64,000 nucleotides of DNA from Lachnospiraceae bacterium (GCA_028696165.1 JAQVHQ010000011.1:1866-65865), one strand, 5' to 3'; shown: positions 1-10,426, numbered from the stretch's first letter. The notes: generated by a model not told the origin, from the letters alone. Translations and numbers: made by a program.

Positions 1-924
1 CGCATCTTTCTTAAAAAAATATGTCAAAAATGGAATGGCACAGATTTCAGCAATTCCTGTCATCGTCAGAGTTCCTCCCATGACATAATCTGTAAGTGCC
101 TCTGTATCAGAAAGTCCCATAATACTGATTCCTATAAAAGAAAGAATCACTCCTCCAATAAGAGAAATAAGATTCAAAGCGCCGAAATGAATTCCCATTG
201 GATATAGAATTCGCCATACCTTATGAAACATTCCATCTTTTTTCTGCTTTTGTACATAGGTACGAATTGGTGGATTTTCAACAAAGAACTGCATCATCTC
301 TTCTACCGAATGTACCAGGTAATCAGCTCCTGCTGTGAGCAGTTCCACAGAACCGCCATAACCATAAGCAGCCCCCAAACAGGTTAGTCCGCTTTGCTTT
401 GCGCCGATTACATCTGCATCCCGATCTCCTACCATGATTACTTCATCACGATTCTGACTCATCCCCATCTTAAGCAGGGCCAGTTCAATCACATCGTGTT
501 TTTTCTCCCGGCTTCCATCCAATTCACTTCCCACAACCACATGAAAATACTGTCTGATATGAAAATACTCTAATACCCTGTTTACAAACACCTCCGGTTT
601 AGATGAAGCCACTCCCAGAAGAATCCCCTGGTTTCTTAGCTGTATCAGCATATTTTCAATATCCGGATACAGACGATTTTCATAAATTCCCACTGTAGAA
701 AAGCGTTCTCTAAACTTATCAACCGCTATGTTGCTCTGTTCCGGTGTCCATCCAGCATATTTTTCAAACTGTGCATGAAGCGGTGGGCCTACAAAACACC
801 GTAAATCCCGATAATCATCCACATGAATCCCATAAGCATCCAACGCATACTGAACACTTTTGGTGATTCCTTCTGCCGAATCCGTCAATGTCCCATCTAA
901 ATCAAATAAAACTGCCTTCCACAT
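1..924 (-). CDS. HAD-superfamily phosphatase (phosphoglycolate phosphatase-like) with hydrophobic C-terminal extension; C-terminus lies beyond the window edge
   Basis: Not in ORF track (no stop inside window). Manual minus-strand translation from ATG at 922-924: MWKAVLFDLDGTLTDSAEGITKSV (DxDGT motif), GVASSKPE, MVGDRDADVIGA; then membrane-like FHKVWRILYPMGIHFGALNLISLIGGVILSF; frame stays open to nt 1. Confidence 0.6.
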   Translation of the reverse strand, partial: MWKAVLFDLDGTLTDSAEGITKSVQYALDAYGIHVDDYRDLRCFVGPPLHAQFEKYAGWTPEQSNIAVDKFRERFSTVGIYENRLYPDIENMLIQLRNQGILLGVASSKPEVFVNRVLEYFHIRQYFHVVVGSELDGSREKKHDVIELALLKMGMSQNRDEVIMVGDRDADVIGAKQSGLTCLGAAYGYGGSVELLTAGADYLVHSVEEMMQFFVENPPIRTYVQKQKKDGMFHKVWRILYPMGIHFGALNLISLIGGVILSFIGISIMGLSDTEALTDYVMGGTLTMTGIAEICAIPFLTYFFKKDA

Positions 925-942
925 ATATTCTCCATTCGTTTT

Positions 943-1920
943 TTACTGAGCAAAATACTGATCAATTCCATTGGATATTCCCTGTACCATCTGATTCTGG
1001 TATGCATCATCCGCCATATTCAAATCATCTGAGGAATTGGTCATAAATCCCATCTCTACAATCGTAACAGGCATCTGTGCCCAATTGATTCCGCTCATAT
1101 TATTATACTGCTGTACTCCCAGGTTTTTAGCTCCGGTTGCTGCACAGAAGCTATCCACTACCATCCGGGATAAAGTATTGCTCTTTGCAATGATATCAGA
1201 AGACAGATAAGGATTGTCATTTCCCGGCGCCATAGTAAGCGTTCCACTCACCGAACTGTTGTCATCTCCATTGGCATGTATACGTACCAGGATTTCTGCA
1301 CCTGCTGCCGCAGCTATATCCGCACGCTCATGATTACTGATATTAACATCATGGGTCTCTCTGGTCATAACTACCTGATAGCCACGATTTGTCAGTTCAT
1401 CTCTCAATTTTAATGCTACCGCCAGATTCAGTTCATACTCATTCAATCCGGAAGCCGGTCCATAAGTTCCTGAGGACACCTTCGGTTTCGTAGTTCCTGC
1501 TCCAGGTCCGATTTCTTCCTGTTCACTGTTGCCATGAGCCTGATGTCCCGGATCTATGCAGACGATATGTCCACCTCCGGTAAGCGTAGTTCCCTCTGCT
1601 CTTGCAGCTGCACGTTCTTCAGCCTTAGCAGCAATATCATCCTGAGTTTCTTCTTCTGTCTCCGGTTCAGTAACTTCCGTTACCGGAACACTCTCCGGTT
1701 CTTCTACAGCTTCCGGTTTTGCTTCTTCCTCATGCTGGACAGTATCCGGCTGCTCATCTTTCGTCTCTTCTTCCACAGTCTCTGCCTGCTGCTCTTTCGC
1801 AGCTGCTGCTAATTCCTGGCTTCTCTTCTCCTGCTGCGTTCTCCAGAAAAACACACCGCCGCCAATTACTATAAGGGCGGCTGCGATACAGCCAATAATA
1901 ATTGCAATTTTCTTATTCAT
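943..1920 (-). CDS. N-acetylmuramoyl-L-alanine amidase (Amidase_3 type), membrane anchored
   Basis: 325-aa ORF; N-terminal TM helix, Glu/Thr-rich linker, C-terminal IDPGHQ, LNLAVALKLRDELTNRGYQVVMTR, RIHANG motifs typical of CwlD/AmiC-like amidases. Confidence 0.8.
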   Translation of the reverse strand: MNKKIAIIIGCIAAALIVIGGGVFFWRTQQEKRSQELAAAAKEQQAETVEEETKDEQPDTVQHEEEAKPEAVEEPESVPVTEVTEPETEEETQDDIAAKAEERAAARAEGTTLTGGGHIVCIDPGHQAHGNSEQEEIGPGAGTTKPKVSSGTYGPASGLNEYELNLAVALKLRDELTNRGYQVVMTRETHDVNISNHERADIAAAAGAEILVRIHANGDDNSSVSGTLTMAPGNDNPYLSSDIIAKSNTLSRMVVDSFCAATGAKNLGVQQYNNMSGINWAQMPVTIVEMGFMTNSSDDLNMADDAYQNQMVQGISNGIDQYFAQ

Positions 1921-1938
1921 AATAGCTCCTCATCAATC

Positions 1939-3702
1939 CTACATCCGCTCTGGGACTTCAAATCCCAGCACATCTACACATTTTTCCAAAATGTCGCGGC
2001 AGAGTATCAATAACTGGATCCATGATTTCTGCTGTTCTTCATTCTCCTCTGACAATATCTTAGTCTCATGATAAAAATGATTAAAAGCATTTGCCACATC
2101 ATAGATATAGGCACAAACCTTATGTGGAGCTTTATCTGCAAATGCACCTTCTATCACGCTTCCGTATTTCGCCATTTCCATCATCAGCGCTTTCTCACTG
2201 TCACTGGCTGCTGGTAAAATAGTACCTTCCGGCAGTTCTTTTGTCTCCATATATTTGTTTAAGATAGATTTAATTCTAACAGTTGTATATAAAATATATG
2301 GGCCGGTATCTCCCTCGAAAGAAGTGAACCGCTCAATATCAAAGATATAATCTTTTGATGCCTGGTTAGATAAATCGCCATATTTAATCGCCGCGAGTCC
2401 AACCATCTGTGCTGTCTTTCTGGCGTCTTCTTCCTTTACACTACGGTTATCTACGATTTTCTTGTACATCTCTTCGTTGATTTCTTCCAACAGATGTTCC
2501 AGACGCATGACACCACCTTCACGTGTCTTGAATGGCTTTCCGTCTTTGCCGTTCATAGTACCGAAGCCCAAGAACTGCAGTCTGGTATCCTCTTCTACTA
2601 ACTTGGTCTTTCTTGCACAGCGAAATACCTGTGTAAAATAAAGTTCCTGCCGTTTATCAACCACATAGCAGATCTCATCCGGATGGAACAATTTCATTCT
2701 CTCCACAATAGTCGCCAAATCTGTAGTATTATACAGAGACGCTCCGTCTGATTTTAAAATCATACAAGGTGGAATTTCCTTGGTATCCGTCTCTTCTTTT
2801 ACATCTACCACCAATGCACCCTGATCTAAATGCGCATAGTCATTATCCTTCATATACTGAACCATCTCAGGGATATATGGCTGAGCATCTGATTCCTTCT
2901 TCCATAAATCAAAGGAAACATTTAATTTCTCATAATTTTTCTTCAAATCATTCACAGAAACTGTCATAATATGATTCCAGAGAGCCATGTAGCCTGGTGT
3001 TCCCTGCTGTAAAAGATGCGTGGCTTCCATCGCCTGCGCCTTATACTCTTCATCCACTTTTGATTTTGCACTGGCTGCCGGATAGATTTCCTCTAATTCA
3101 CTGATAGTGAATGGAGCTTCCTTTGGATACTCACCGCTAAAATCCTCCTGAAAATAAACCAGTTCCGGTTTTCTCAACTTCAATTCTGTGATAATCAATC
3201 CCATCTGCAGACCCCAGTCTCCCAGATGCACATCACCAATCATCTTATGTCCCACTGCACGGCCCAGACGTTTGATACTTTCTCCGATAATAGCAGAACG
3301 CAGATGGCCTACATGAAGTGGTTTTGCAACATTCGGTCCACCATAATCCAGCATAATCGTCTGTGGATTCTCTGCCTGAGTTACAGACAGGTAAGTATCT
3401 GCTCTCATTTCATTTAAGTAGGCACTTACAAATGCTTCTTTTAATTTTAAATTAATAAATCCCGGATTTACTGCTTCCACACTGGAAAATACTTCGCTGT
3501 CAGCTAACTGTGCTACAACATCATTTGCTATCATAATAGGTGCTTTCTTGTATGCTTTTGCAGCTGCCATCGCTCCGTTACACTGATATTCACACAAGTC
3601 AGGTCTGTTTGAGATACCAACCTTTGCAAACTTTTCATCATATCCTGCTTTTTGAAAAGCGGCAATCATTTCACTGGTGATTTTTTCGCTGATTTTTTTC
3701 AT
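1939..3702 (-). CDS. argS: arginine--tRNA ligase
   Basis: 591-aa ORF with class-I synthetase HIGH-like PLHVGHLRS and ArgRS-wide similarity; start moved to second ATG (3702) because GGAGG lies inside the first codons of the longer ORF. Confidence 0.93.
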   Translation of the reverse strand: MKKISEKITSEMIAAFQKAGYDEKFAKVGISNRPDLCEYQCNGAMAAAKAYKKAPIMIANDVVAQLADSEVFSSVEAVNPGFINLKLKEAFVSAYLNEMRADTYLSVTQAENPQTIMLDYGGPNVAKPLHVGHLRSAIIGESIKRLGRAVGHKMIGDVHLGDWGLQMGLIITELKLRKPELVYFQEDFSGEYPKEAPFTISELEEIYPAASAKSKVDEEYKAQAMEATHLLQQGTPGYMALWNHIMTVSVNDLKKNYEKLNVSFDLWKKESDAQPYIPEMVQYMKDNDYAHLDQGALVVDVKEETDTKEIPPCMILKSDGASLYNTTDLATIVERMKLFHPDEICYVVDKRQELYFTQVFRCARKTKLVEEDTRLQFLGFGTMNGKDGKPFKTREGGVMRLEHLLEEINEEMYKKIVDNRSVKEEDARKTAQMVGLAAIKYGDLSNQASKDYIFDIERFTSFEGDTGPYILYTTVRIKSILNKYMETKELPEGTILPAASDSEKALMMEMAKYGSVIEGAFADKAPHKVCAYIYDVANAFNHFYHETKILSEENEEQQKSWIQLLILCRDILEKCVDVLGFEVPERM

Positions 3703-3940
3703 CTTATCCTCCATATTTTATCCTATTTTTATTTTAATAATTTTACATTTTTATACATCCTGTCATTCATACTTCTGAATCCAGTCTATCTTACAGTATA
3801 ACATTTTCTTATTCTATTGAAAAGTATTTCGTTTTAGTGATTTTGCATCAATTTTATCAGAATTCTCATTCCGGTCTGCATAAATTGCATTTTTTCAAAG
3901 GCTTCCTATATGCAGGCACCTAAAAAATGCATAGCAACTT

Positions 3941-3978
3941 AAAAGACGTCCATACCATTTAGGGGTATAAACGTCTTG
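3941..3978 (-). terminator. putative intrinsic terminator after degV-like gene
   Basis: minus-sense hairpin AAGACGT...ACGTCTT followed by short U run. Confidence 0.45.
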
Positions 3979-4028
3979 ATATCAAAATCATATATTATTC
4001 AAATACACTTTGACATAATACATCCGAA

Positions 4029-4901
4029 CTAATCTGCCAGTTTCTTCGTACAGGTTATGGCTATCGCGCCAGGTCCTATATGGCAGGAGATGCTCAGAGA
4101 CAATGGATTAACCACGATATCATGCTGTGGATAGAGCTTTTGCACTTCCTCTTTCCAGCTTTCTATCTCTGTACGGTCTGTTCCTGAAAATGCCATGGCA
4201 ATATGCATATTATCAGCATTCTCAGTTGCCTGGAACCGCTCTGTCATATCCTTGTGAATCGCATCTAACATGGTAGACTTTGCTGCCTTTAAAGTTCTGC
4301 TCTTTGCATAAGCATCAAGTTTTTCTCCCTGTATCTGTAAAACCGGCTTCAAACGAAGCAAAGTTCCCAGTGCTGCAGCTGCCGGTGTGATTCTTCCGCC
4401 TTTTTTTAAATAATACAGCGTATCCAATGTAATATAAATGCTTGAATCAGCGGCGGTATCTTCCAGATATCGGCGGATTTCTCTGGCGCTTGTCCCTGCA
4501 TCCGCCATGGTTTTCGCATCTATGGCCGACTGTCTCTGAGTGACAGATATACGCTTATTATCCACTACCTGAATTTTCCCATCGTAATCCTGAGCCAGCG
4601 CAATAGCTGTCTGACAGGAACTGCTCAATCCACTGGACATAGGGATATGAACGATTTCATCATATTCCTTTAACAAATTTTCCCACAATTCTGTCACATC
4701 TGCAATTGAGGGCATAGATGTTGAAATCTCAGCATTTTCACCTAGGTATTTATAAAACTCTTCCTGAGATAATGTAAGTTCCTCATAAAATAATTCTTCA
4801 TTAATATAAAATGGCATCGGTATTACATAAATGCCTAATTCTTTCGCTTCTGCCTGTGTGATTCCGCTATTGCTGTCTGTTACAATTGCTATTTTCCCCA
4901 T
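4029..4901 (-). CDS. DegV family fatty-acid-binding protein
   Basis: 290-aa ORF starting MGKIAIVTDSNSGITQAEAKELGIYVIPMPF, typical DegV N-terminus and length. Confidence 0.85.
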   Translation of the reverse strand: MGKIAIVTDSNSGITQAEAKELGIYVIPMPFYINEELFYEELTLSQEEFYKYLGENAEISTSMPSIADVTELWENLLKEYDEIVHIPMSSGLSSSCQTAIALAQDYDGKIQVVDNKRISVTQRQSAIDAKTMADAGTSAREIRRYLEDTAADSSIYITLDTLYYLKKGGRITPAAAALGTLLRLKPVLQIQGEKLDAYAKSRTLKAAKSTMLDAIHKDMTERFQATENADNMHIAMAFSGTDRTEIESWKEEVQKLYPQHDIVVNPLSLSISCHIGPGAIAITCTKKLAD

Positions 4902-4982
4902 CAGTTCCTCCTGGTTTTTTCATCCTTTAACTATAACATATATTAAGGATAGCCGCAATTACATTATTCTGGAAATCCTCTC

Positions 4983-5011
4983 TTGACATCTCTTAACGAA
5001 CACCTTATACT
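4983..5011 (+). promoter_or_regulatory. sigma-A type promoter of the TPP riboswitch-thiT unit
   Basis: TTGACA (4983-4988), 17-nt spacer, TATACT (5006-5011). Confidence 0.6.
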
Positions 5012-5021
5012 GTTCAAAGAA

Positions 5022-5176
5022 ACACGCTAGGGGCGCTTTTAGCTGAGATTGTTAGATAAATTAACAGACCCTCATTACTTGAACCGGATAATACCGGCGT
5101 AAGGAAGCTTATTGATAAAATATCCATTATCAAAAAGTCAAAGCACCCTCCACGTGAAAACGAAGGAGGTTTTTTT
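5022..5176 (+). promoter_or_regulatory. TPP (thi-box) riboswitch with terminator/RBS-sequestering hairpin
   Basis: CTAGGGGCGC...GCTGAGA...ACCCTCATTACTTGAACCGGATAATACCGGCGTAAGGAAGC matches thi-box core; expression platform CCTCC(5147-5151)/GGAGG(5165-5169) plus T7 run directly before ATG 5177. Confidence 0.85.
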
Positions 5177-5842
5177 ATGTTTTCATTTCTTGTTAACGTA
5201 GACGGCGGATTGACCACAGCCGGTTATGCCGTATCCATCATCGCAGCCATCGTGCTGCTGCTTGCTGCATGTTTTCTTGCAGGCAAGGTATCTAATTCTA
5301 AAAAGATGAGTGCCAAACAGATTACTTTCTGTGCGGTTGCCCTGGCACTGGCATTTGTCACTTCTTATCTGAAAATTTTCCCGCTTCCTTTTGGCGGCAG
5401 TGTGACTTTATTCAGCATGCTGTTTATCGTACTGATTGGTTACTGGTATGGGATTAAAGTTGGTATTCTTACCGGTTTTGCTTATGGTATCCTGCAGTTT
5501 GTCCAGGAACCCTATGTACTATCACTGTTCCAGGTATGCTGTGATTACCTTTTGGCATTTGCTGCACTGGGATTATCCGGACTCTTTACTAAGTCTAAAA
5601 ATGGACTTTTGAAAGGATATCTTGTGGCGATTTTTGCCCGCGGGTTCTTCCATGCTTTAGGCGGCTACCTGTACTGGATGTCCTATATGCCGGAGAACTT
5701 CCCAAAATCGCTGACTGCTGTATATCCTATCGTTTACAATTACAGCTATATCCTGGCAGAAGGAGTTATAACCATTATTGTCATCAGTATACCTGCAGTT
5801 AAGAAAGCATTGGAACAGGTAAAACAGACTGCACTTAGTTAA
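5177..5842 (+). CDS. thiT: thiamine transporter, ECF S-component ThiT-like
   Basis: 221-aa polytopic membrane ORF directly behind TPP riboswitch; GGSVTLFSML motif resembles ThiT/YuaJ family. Confidence 0.7.
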   Translation: MFSFLVNVDGGLTTAGYAVSIIAAIVLLLAACFLAGKVSNSKKMSAKQITFCAVALALAFVTSYLKIFPLPFGGSVTLFSMLFIVLIGYWYGIKVGILTGFAYGILQFVQEPYVLSLFQVCCDYLLAFAALGLSGLFTKSKNGLLKGYLVAIFARGFFHALGGYLYWMSYMPENFPKSLTAVYPIVYNYSYILAEGVITIIVISIPAVKKALEQVKQTALS

Positions 5843-5866
5843 TATTTCTTCCCCATATAAACTTTC

Positions 5867-5916
5867 GGACAGGACACAACAGTCACCTGCTGTTGTTGTT
5901 CCTGTCTGTTTTTTTA
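5867..5916 (+). terminator. intrinsic terminator after thiT
   Basis: GACAGGACACAACAG...CTGTTGTTGTTCCTGTC hairpin followed by TGTTTTTTTATTTTTT. Confidence 0.7.
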
Positions 5917-6157
5917 TTTTTTCTATTTTTCTTTCAAACTTTCCCCTTCATCTTTTTTCACTCAGAAAAATTTCTTCTATTCACCACTGGCAGGAGTAAA
6001 AGTTTTCTCTTCTTCCAAAACAAATCGCCAGGGACTTTTTCTTAGAAGAAGAAAAATGTATACGGTCAGATTACAGATTTACAGTTGTCAAGCAAATCAA
6101 GAAATGATATGATTACGATAGTTATTTTATATTATTATAAGTGATATTAATATAGCA

Positions 6158-7333
6158 ATGAATCAGGAAAGGTATGGTAAACACATGACTACAAACGAAA
6201 AAGCATTACAACTCCATGAAGAATGGAATGGGAAATTAGATACTACTTCCAAGGCTCCAATTAAAAGCCGCGAAGATCTGGCATTAGCTTACACTCCAGG
6301 AGTTGCAGAACCCTGTAAAGTAATCGCCAAAGATCCGAAAGCAGCATATAAATACACAATAAAGTCCAACACAGTAGCTGTTGTCTCTGACGGAAGCGCA
6401 GTTCTTGGGCTTGGCAACATCGGTCCGCTGGCTGCTATGCCTGTTATGGAAGGAAAAGCAGTACTCTTTAAAGAACTTGGCGGAGTAAATGCATTCCCTA
6501 TCTGTCTGGACACTCAGGATACCGAAGAAATCATCAAGACCGTTGTCAACATCGCCCCGGCATTTGGCGGTATCAACCTGGAAGATATCTCCGCTCCCCG
6601 CTGCTTTGAAATTGAAAGCCGTCTGAAAGAGCTTCTGGATATCCCGGTATTTCATGATGACCAGCATGGAACTGCTATCGTAGTATTAGCAGGAACTATC
6701 AATGCTATGAAGGTCACAGGACGCACAAAGGAAAATTGCCGTGTTGTAGTAAATGGTGCCGGTTCTGCCGGAATCGCCATCACGAAACTTCTGCTTACCT
6801 ATGGTTTTAAAAATGTTATCATGTGTGATAAATCAGGCATTTTAAATAAAAAATCTGCTGACTTAACATGGATGCAGAAGGAAATGATGGATGTCACTAA
6901 CTTAGCTCAGGAAGAAGGCACTCTTGCCGATGCACTGGTAAATACAGACATCTTCGTAGGTGTTTCCGCTCCTGGTATCGTAACTGCTGATATGGTAAAA
7001 ACCATGGCGAAAGATGCTATTATCTTTGCAATGGCCAATCCGGTACCTGAAATCATGCCTGATGTTGCCCGCGAAGCCGGAGCTGCTGTGGTTGGAACCG
7101 GACGTTCTGATTTTCCAAATCAGGTCAATAATGTTATGGCATTCCCTGGCATCTTTAAGGGTGCTTTAGAAGGTCGCGCAAAGCAGATTACAGAAGATAT
7201 GAAGCTGGCAGCTGCACTGGCCATCGCTTCCCTTGTACCGGAAGAAGAATTATCCACAGAAAATGTAATGCCAGCTGCACTGGATCCACGTCTTCGTGAT
7301 ACCGTTGCACAGGCTGTAAAGGATTTGATCTAA
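6158..7333 (+). CDS. NAD(P)-dependent malic enzyme (oxaloacetate-decarboxylating malate dehydrogenase)
   Basis: 391-aa ORF; LALAYTPGVA, VVSDGSAVLGLGNIG, FHDDQHGTA, VVNGAGSAG motifs of short bacterial malic enzymes; true start may be ATG 6185. Confidence 0.88.
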   Translation: MNQERYGKHMTTNEKALQLHEEWNGKLDTTSKAPIKSREDLALAYTPGVAEPCKVIAKDPKAAYKYTIKSNTVAVVSDGSAVLGLGNIGPLAAMPVMEGKAVLFKELGGVNAFPICLDTQDTEEIIKTVVNIAPAFGGINLEDISAPRCFEIESRLKELLDIPVFHDDQHGTAIVVLAGTINAMKVTGRTKENCRVVVNGAGSAGIAITKLLLTYGFKNVIMCDKSGILNKKSADLTWMQKEMMDVTNLAQEEGTLADALVNTDIFVGVSAPGIVTADMVKTMAKDAIIFAMANPVPEIMPDVAREAGAAVVGTGRSDFPNQVNNVMAFPGIFKGALEGRAKQITEDMKLAAALAIASLVPEEELSTENVMPAALDPRLRDTVAQAVKDLI

Positions 7334-8287
7334 TTGATAAAAAAATGGGGTGAAAAGCCATATTATTCCTTCAGCTATATGCTGAAGGAACGATTTGGTG
7401 AAAAGATATATAAACTGGCGCTAAATGGCGGTATGAGCTGTCCAAACAGAGATGGTACACTGGGACACAGAGGCTGTATCTTCTGCAGCATGGGTGGTTC
7501 CGGAGATTTTGCCGGAAACGCTGCTGATTCTATCACTGCGCAAATCGAATCACAGAAACAACTGATTTCGCAAAAACGTCATGCAGGAAAATATATTGCA
7601 TATTTTCAAGCTTACACAAACACTTACGCTCCGCTTCCCTATCTGGAGCGTATTTTTACGGAAGCGCTCAATCATCCGGACATCGCTGCTATTTCTATAG
7701 GCACGCGTCCAGATTGCTTAGATTCAGATATTATTCAGATGCTTTCCTGTCTAAATGCCCAAAAGCCTGTGTGGGTGGAACTCGGACTTCAGACCATTCA
7801 TCCTCAAACAGCAGCATATATACGACGCGGCTATGACCTGGCATGTTTTGAGCAGGCAGTCAGTATGCTTCGGCAGCATAATCTGGAAGTTATTGTCCAC
7901 ACCATCATCGGACTTCCTGGCGAAGGTCGAAAAGAACTTCTGGAAACTATTGACTATCTTAATCATGCAGACATACAGGGAATCAAACTCCAACTGCTGC
8001 ATGTGCTGAAAGATACTGATCTGGCCACAGATTATTTGAATGGCAAGTTCGAAGTTCTTACAAAAGAGGATTACCTGCAACTGGTTATAGATTGTCTGGA
8101 ACATCTCTCACCTGAGATTGTCATCCACCGGGTTACCGGAGATGGACCAAAGAATCTACTGATTGCGCCAACCTGGAGCAGTGCCAAGAGAAGTGTACTA
8201 AATGATCTGCATCGGAAAATGAAAGAAGAAAATGCCTGGCAGGGCAAACACTATGCAATGGAGGAAACATCATGGCAGAACCTTTGA
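7334..8287 (+). CDS. TIGR01212-family radical SAM protein
   Basis: 317-aa ORF; CPNRDGTLGHRGCIFC cysteine motif and N-terminal YYSFSYMLKERFGEKIYKLALNGG; only in-frame start that keeps the conserved N-terminus is TTG at 7334, abutting the malic enzyme stop. Confidence 0.8.
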   Translation: MIKKWGEKPYYSFSYMLKERFGEKIYKLALNGGMSCPNRDGTLGHRGCIFCSMGGSGDFAGNAADSITAQIESQKQLISQKRHAGKYIAYFQAYTNTYAPLPYLERIFTEALNHPDIAAISIGTRPDCLDSDIIQMLSCLNAQKPVWVELGLQTIHPQTAAYIRRGYDLACFEQAVSMLRQHNLEVIVHTIIGLPGEGRKELLETIDYLNHADIQGIKLQLLHVLKDTDLATDYLNGKFEVLTKEDYLQLVIDCLEHLSPEIVIHRVTGDGPKNLLIAPTWSSAKRSVLNDLHRKMKEENAWQGKHYAMEETSWQNL

Positions 8288-8784
8288 CTTTATATAAATT
8301 AATGGTGCTTTATATGCTGGATAAAGTTACATTTCCACTGACTAATAATCAAATTTCCGAGTTTATCCTGACCCAGGGATACACCGACTATTTTCATGTA
8401 CAGCAGGCATTATCCGACCTGGTAGAAACCGAATTGATTCATATGGACACCATCCGCAACACGTCCCAATACCGTCTCACTGAAAACGGAGCGGAAACTT
8501 TGTCTTTCTTCGGCAAGGAAATATCTCCTGACATAAAAAAAGACATAGATAATTTTCTCCAGGAAAACGCATATGAATTGCGCAACGAAGTCAATACAAC
8601 TGCTGACTACTATCTAAATTCCGAACAGGAATATTGCGTTCGCTGCAAAGTACACGAACGCAATCAGGACTTAATCGACCTGACAATAACCGTGCCTACA
8701 GAAGATGCAGCAATACACGCCTGCGATAACTGGAAGAAAAACAGTCAGAAAATCTATGCAAGTGTGATTGCCAATTTATTATGA
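8272..8784 (+). CDS. DUF4364 family putative transcriptional regulator
   Basis: 170-aa ORF overlapping upstream gene by 16 nt; LYKLMVLYMLDKVTFPLTNNQISEFIL resembles DUF4364 winged-helix proteins commonly paired with TIGR01212. Confidence 0.65.
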   Translation: MAEPLTLYKLMVLYMLDKVTFPLTNNQISEFILTQGYTDYFHVQQALSDLVETELIHMDTIRNTSQYRLTENGAETLSFFGKEISPDIKKDIDNFLQENAYELRNEVNTTADYYLNSEQEYCVRCKVHERNQDLIDLTITVPTEDAAIHACDNWKKNSQKIYASVIANLL

Positions 8785-8870
8785 TTTTATATTAATCTAT
8801 ACATTTTTTCTAAAAAAGGAAAATCATATCTTTAAAATCCACTTCGTCATCTTAGATATGTAAGTATTTA

Positions 8871-8919
8871 AAGACATGCCAAAAGAAGTCTGCCTGACTC
8901 CTTTTGGCATGTCTTTTTG
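8871..8919. terminator. bidirectional intrinsic terminator between convergent DUF4364 gene and rarA
   Basis: AAGACATGCCAAAAG / CTTTTGGCATGTCTT 15-bp stem flanked by A run and T run. Confidence 0.75.
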
Positions 8920-8949
8920 TATTTCTTATTGCCAATGTAGTTCACAATG

Positions 8950-10278
8950 CTAAATCTCTCCCGGTCTATTCCTCAGATGTTCCAGACGTTCTTTTATCAC
9001 CTTCTCATATCCATTCTCAGAAGGTTCATAGAATACAGCATCTGCAATTTCATCCGGCAGATACTGCTGTTTCACATAATGTTCCGGATAACTGTGGGCA
9101 TACTGGTACCCAATACCATGTCCAAGCTTCGCAGACCCCTTATAATGGGAATCCTGCAGATGAACCGGTACACTGGTCTTCTTCGTTCTTACCGACTCCA
9201 TAGCCGCAAATACAGCCTCACAGGCAGCATTGCTCTTAGGTGCAGATGCCACATAAGACACAGCCTGCGACAAAATAATCTGAGCCTCCGGCATACCGAT
9301 ACGCTCCACAGCCTGAGAAGCCGCCACAGCCACCTGCAGCGCCTGAGGATCCGCATTCCCCACATCTTCCGAAGCGCAAATCATAATACGGCGCGCGATA
9401 AACTTAATATCTTCACCCGCATACAACATCTTCGCCAGATAATACACCGCCGCATCCGGATCGGTCCCCCGCATACTCTTAATAAACGCTGAAATCGTAT
9501 CATAATGCTGATCCCCGGTCTTATCATAACGTACAACCCTCTTCTGAATACACTCCGAAGCAGTGGCCAAATCAATCCGAATCTTCCCATCAGCCCCCGG
9601 CTTCGTAGACAAAACCCCCAGCTCAATCGCGTTCAAAGCCGCTCTCGCATCCCCACCGGCAACATCCGCCAAAAACTCCCTGGCATCCGGTTCCAAGACA
9701 GCCCCATAGGCCCCCAGCCCTCTCTCTTTATCCGTCACCGCACGGTCAAGCAGAGTCATAATCGCATCTTTATCCAAAGACTTCAACTCAAAGATAATAG
9801 ACCTGGAAATCAAAGCCCCATTCACCTCAAAATAAGGATTCTCCGTAGTAGCTCCAATCAAAATCAAAGTTCCATCCTCCACAAAAGGAAGCAGATAATC
9901 CTGCTGTCCCTTGTTAAAACGATGAATCTCATCAATAAACAAAATCGTCTTCTTCCCATACATCCCCAGCGAATCCTGAGCCTCTTTAACCACAGCCTCC
10001 ATATCCTTCTTCCCAGCCACCGTAGCATTCAGCTGCGTAAAATTAGCACTGGTAGTATTTGCAATCACCTTAGCCAAAGTAGTCTTCCCCGTCCCCGGAG
10101 GTCCATAAAAAATAATAGAACTAAGCTTATCCGTAGTAATTGCACGATACAGCAGCTTATCCTTCCCAATAATATGCTCCTGCCCCACAACCTCTTCCAA
10201 AGTCCTTGGTCTAATCCTTGAAGCCAAAGGAGATTCATTCTCCAACTTCGTCTCTTTCATATAATCAAACAAATCCAT
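8950..10278 (-). CDS. rarA: replication-associated recombination protein A (AAA+ ATPase)
   Basis: Walker A GPPGTGKTT, FIDEIHRFNK, MgsA C-terminal similarity; start set to MDLFDYM (10278) which has a GGGAGAA RBS. Confidence 0.9.
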   Translation of the reverse strand: MDLFDYMKETKLENESPLASRIRPRTLEEVVGQEHIIGKDKLLYRAITTDKLSSIIFYGPPGTGKTTLAKVIANTTSANFTQLNATVAGKKDMEAVVKEAQDSLGMYGKKTILFIDEIHRFNKGQQDYLLPFVEDGTLILIGATTENPYFEVNGALISRSIIFELKSLDKDAIMTLLDRAVTDKERGLGAYGAVLEPDAREFLADVAGGDARAALNAIELGVLSTKPGADGKIRIDLATASECIQKRVVRYDKTGDQHYDTISAFIKSMRGTDPDAAVYYLAKMLYAGEDIKFIARRIMICASEDVGNADPQALQVAVAASQAVERIGMPEAQIILSQAVSYVASAPKSNAACEAVFAAMESVRTKKTSVPVHLQDSHYKGSAKLGHGIGYQYAHSYPEHYVKQQYLPDEIADAVFYEPSENGYEKVIKERLEHLRNRPGEI

Positions 10279-10426
10279 AATTTCTCCCTTACCAAAACTA
10301 CAATATAACAATAAAATCATATGTAACCATTCTCATGATAAGCTCATACATAATATAAACTTTCATCCAACTTCCACTCTATCTTACAACGAAACAAACG
10401 TTCGCACAAGCATTTTCTAATATTAA

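Noticed and set aside
3715-4028. T-box leader upstream of argS
   Set aside because: No GGGTGGTACCGCG-like T-box sequence and no terminator/antiterminator pair on the minus strand. The only hairpin there is the degV terminator.
9505-10221. 238-aa + strand ORF antisense to rarA, and similar long antisense ORFs (8947-9492, 27977-28660, 41649-42161, 38172-38732)
   Set aside because: They lie entirely inside well-supported genes on the opposite strand, have low-complexity Arg/Ser/Leu/Ile-rich composition, and have no RBS.
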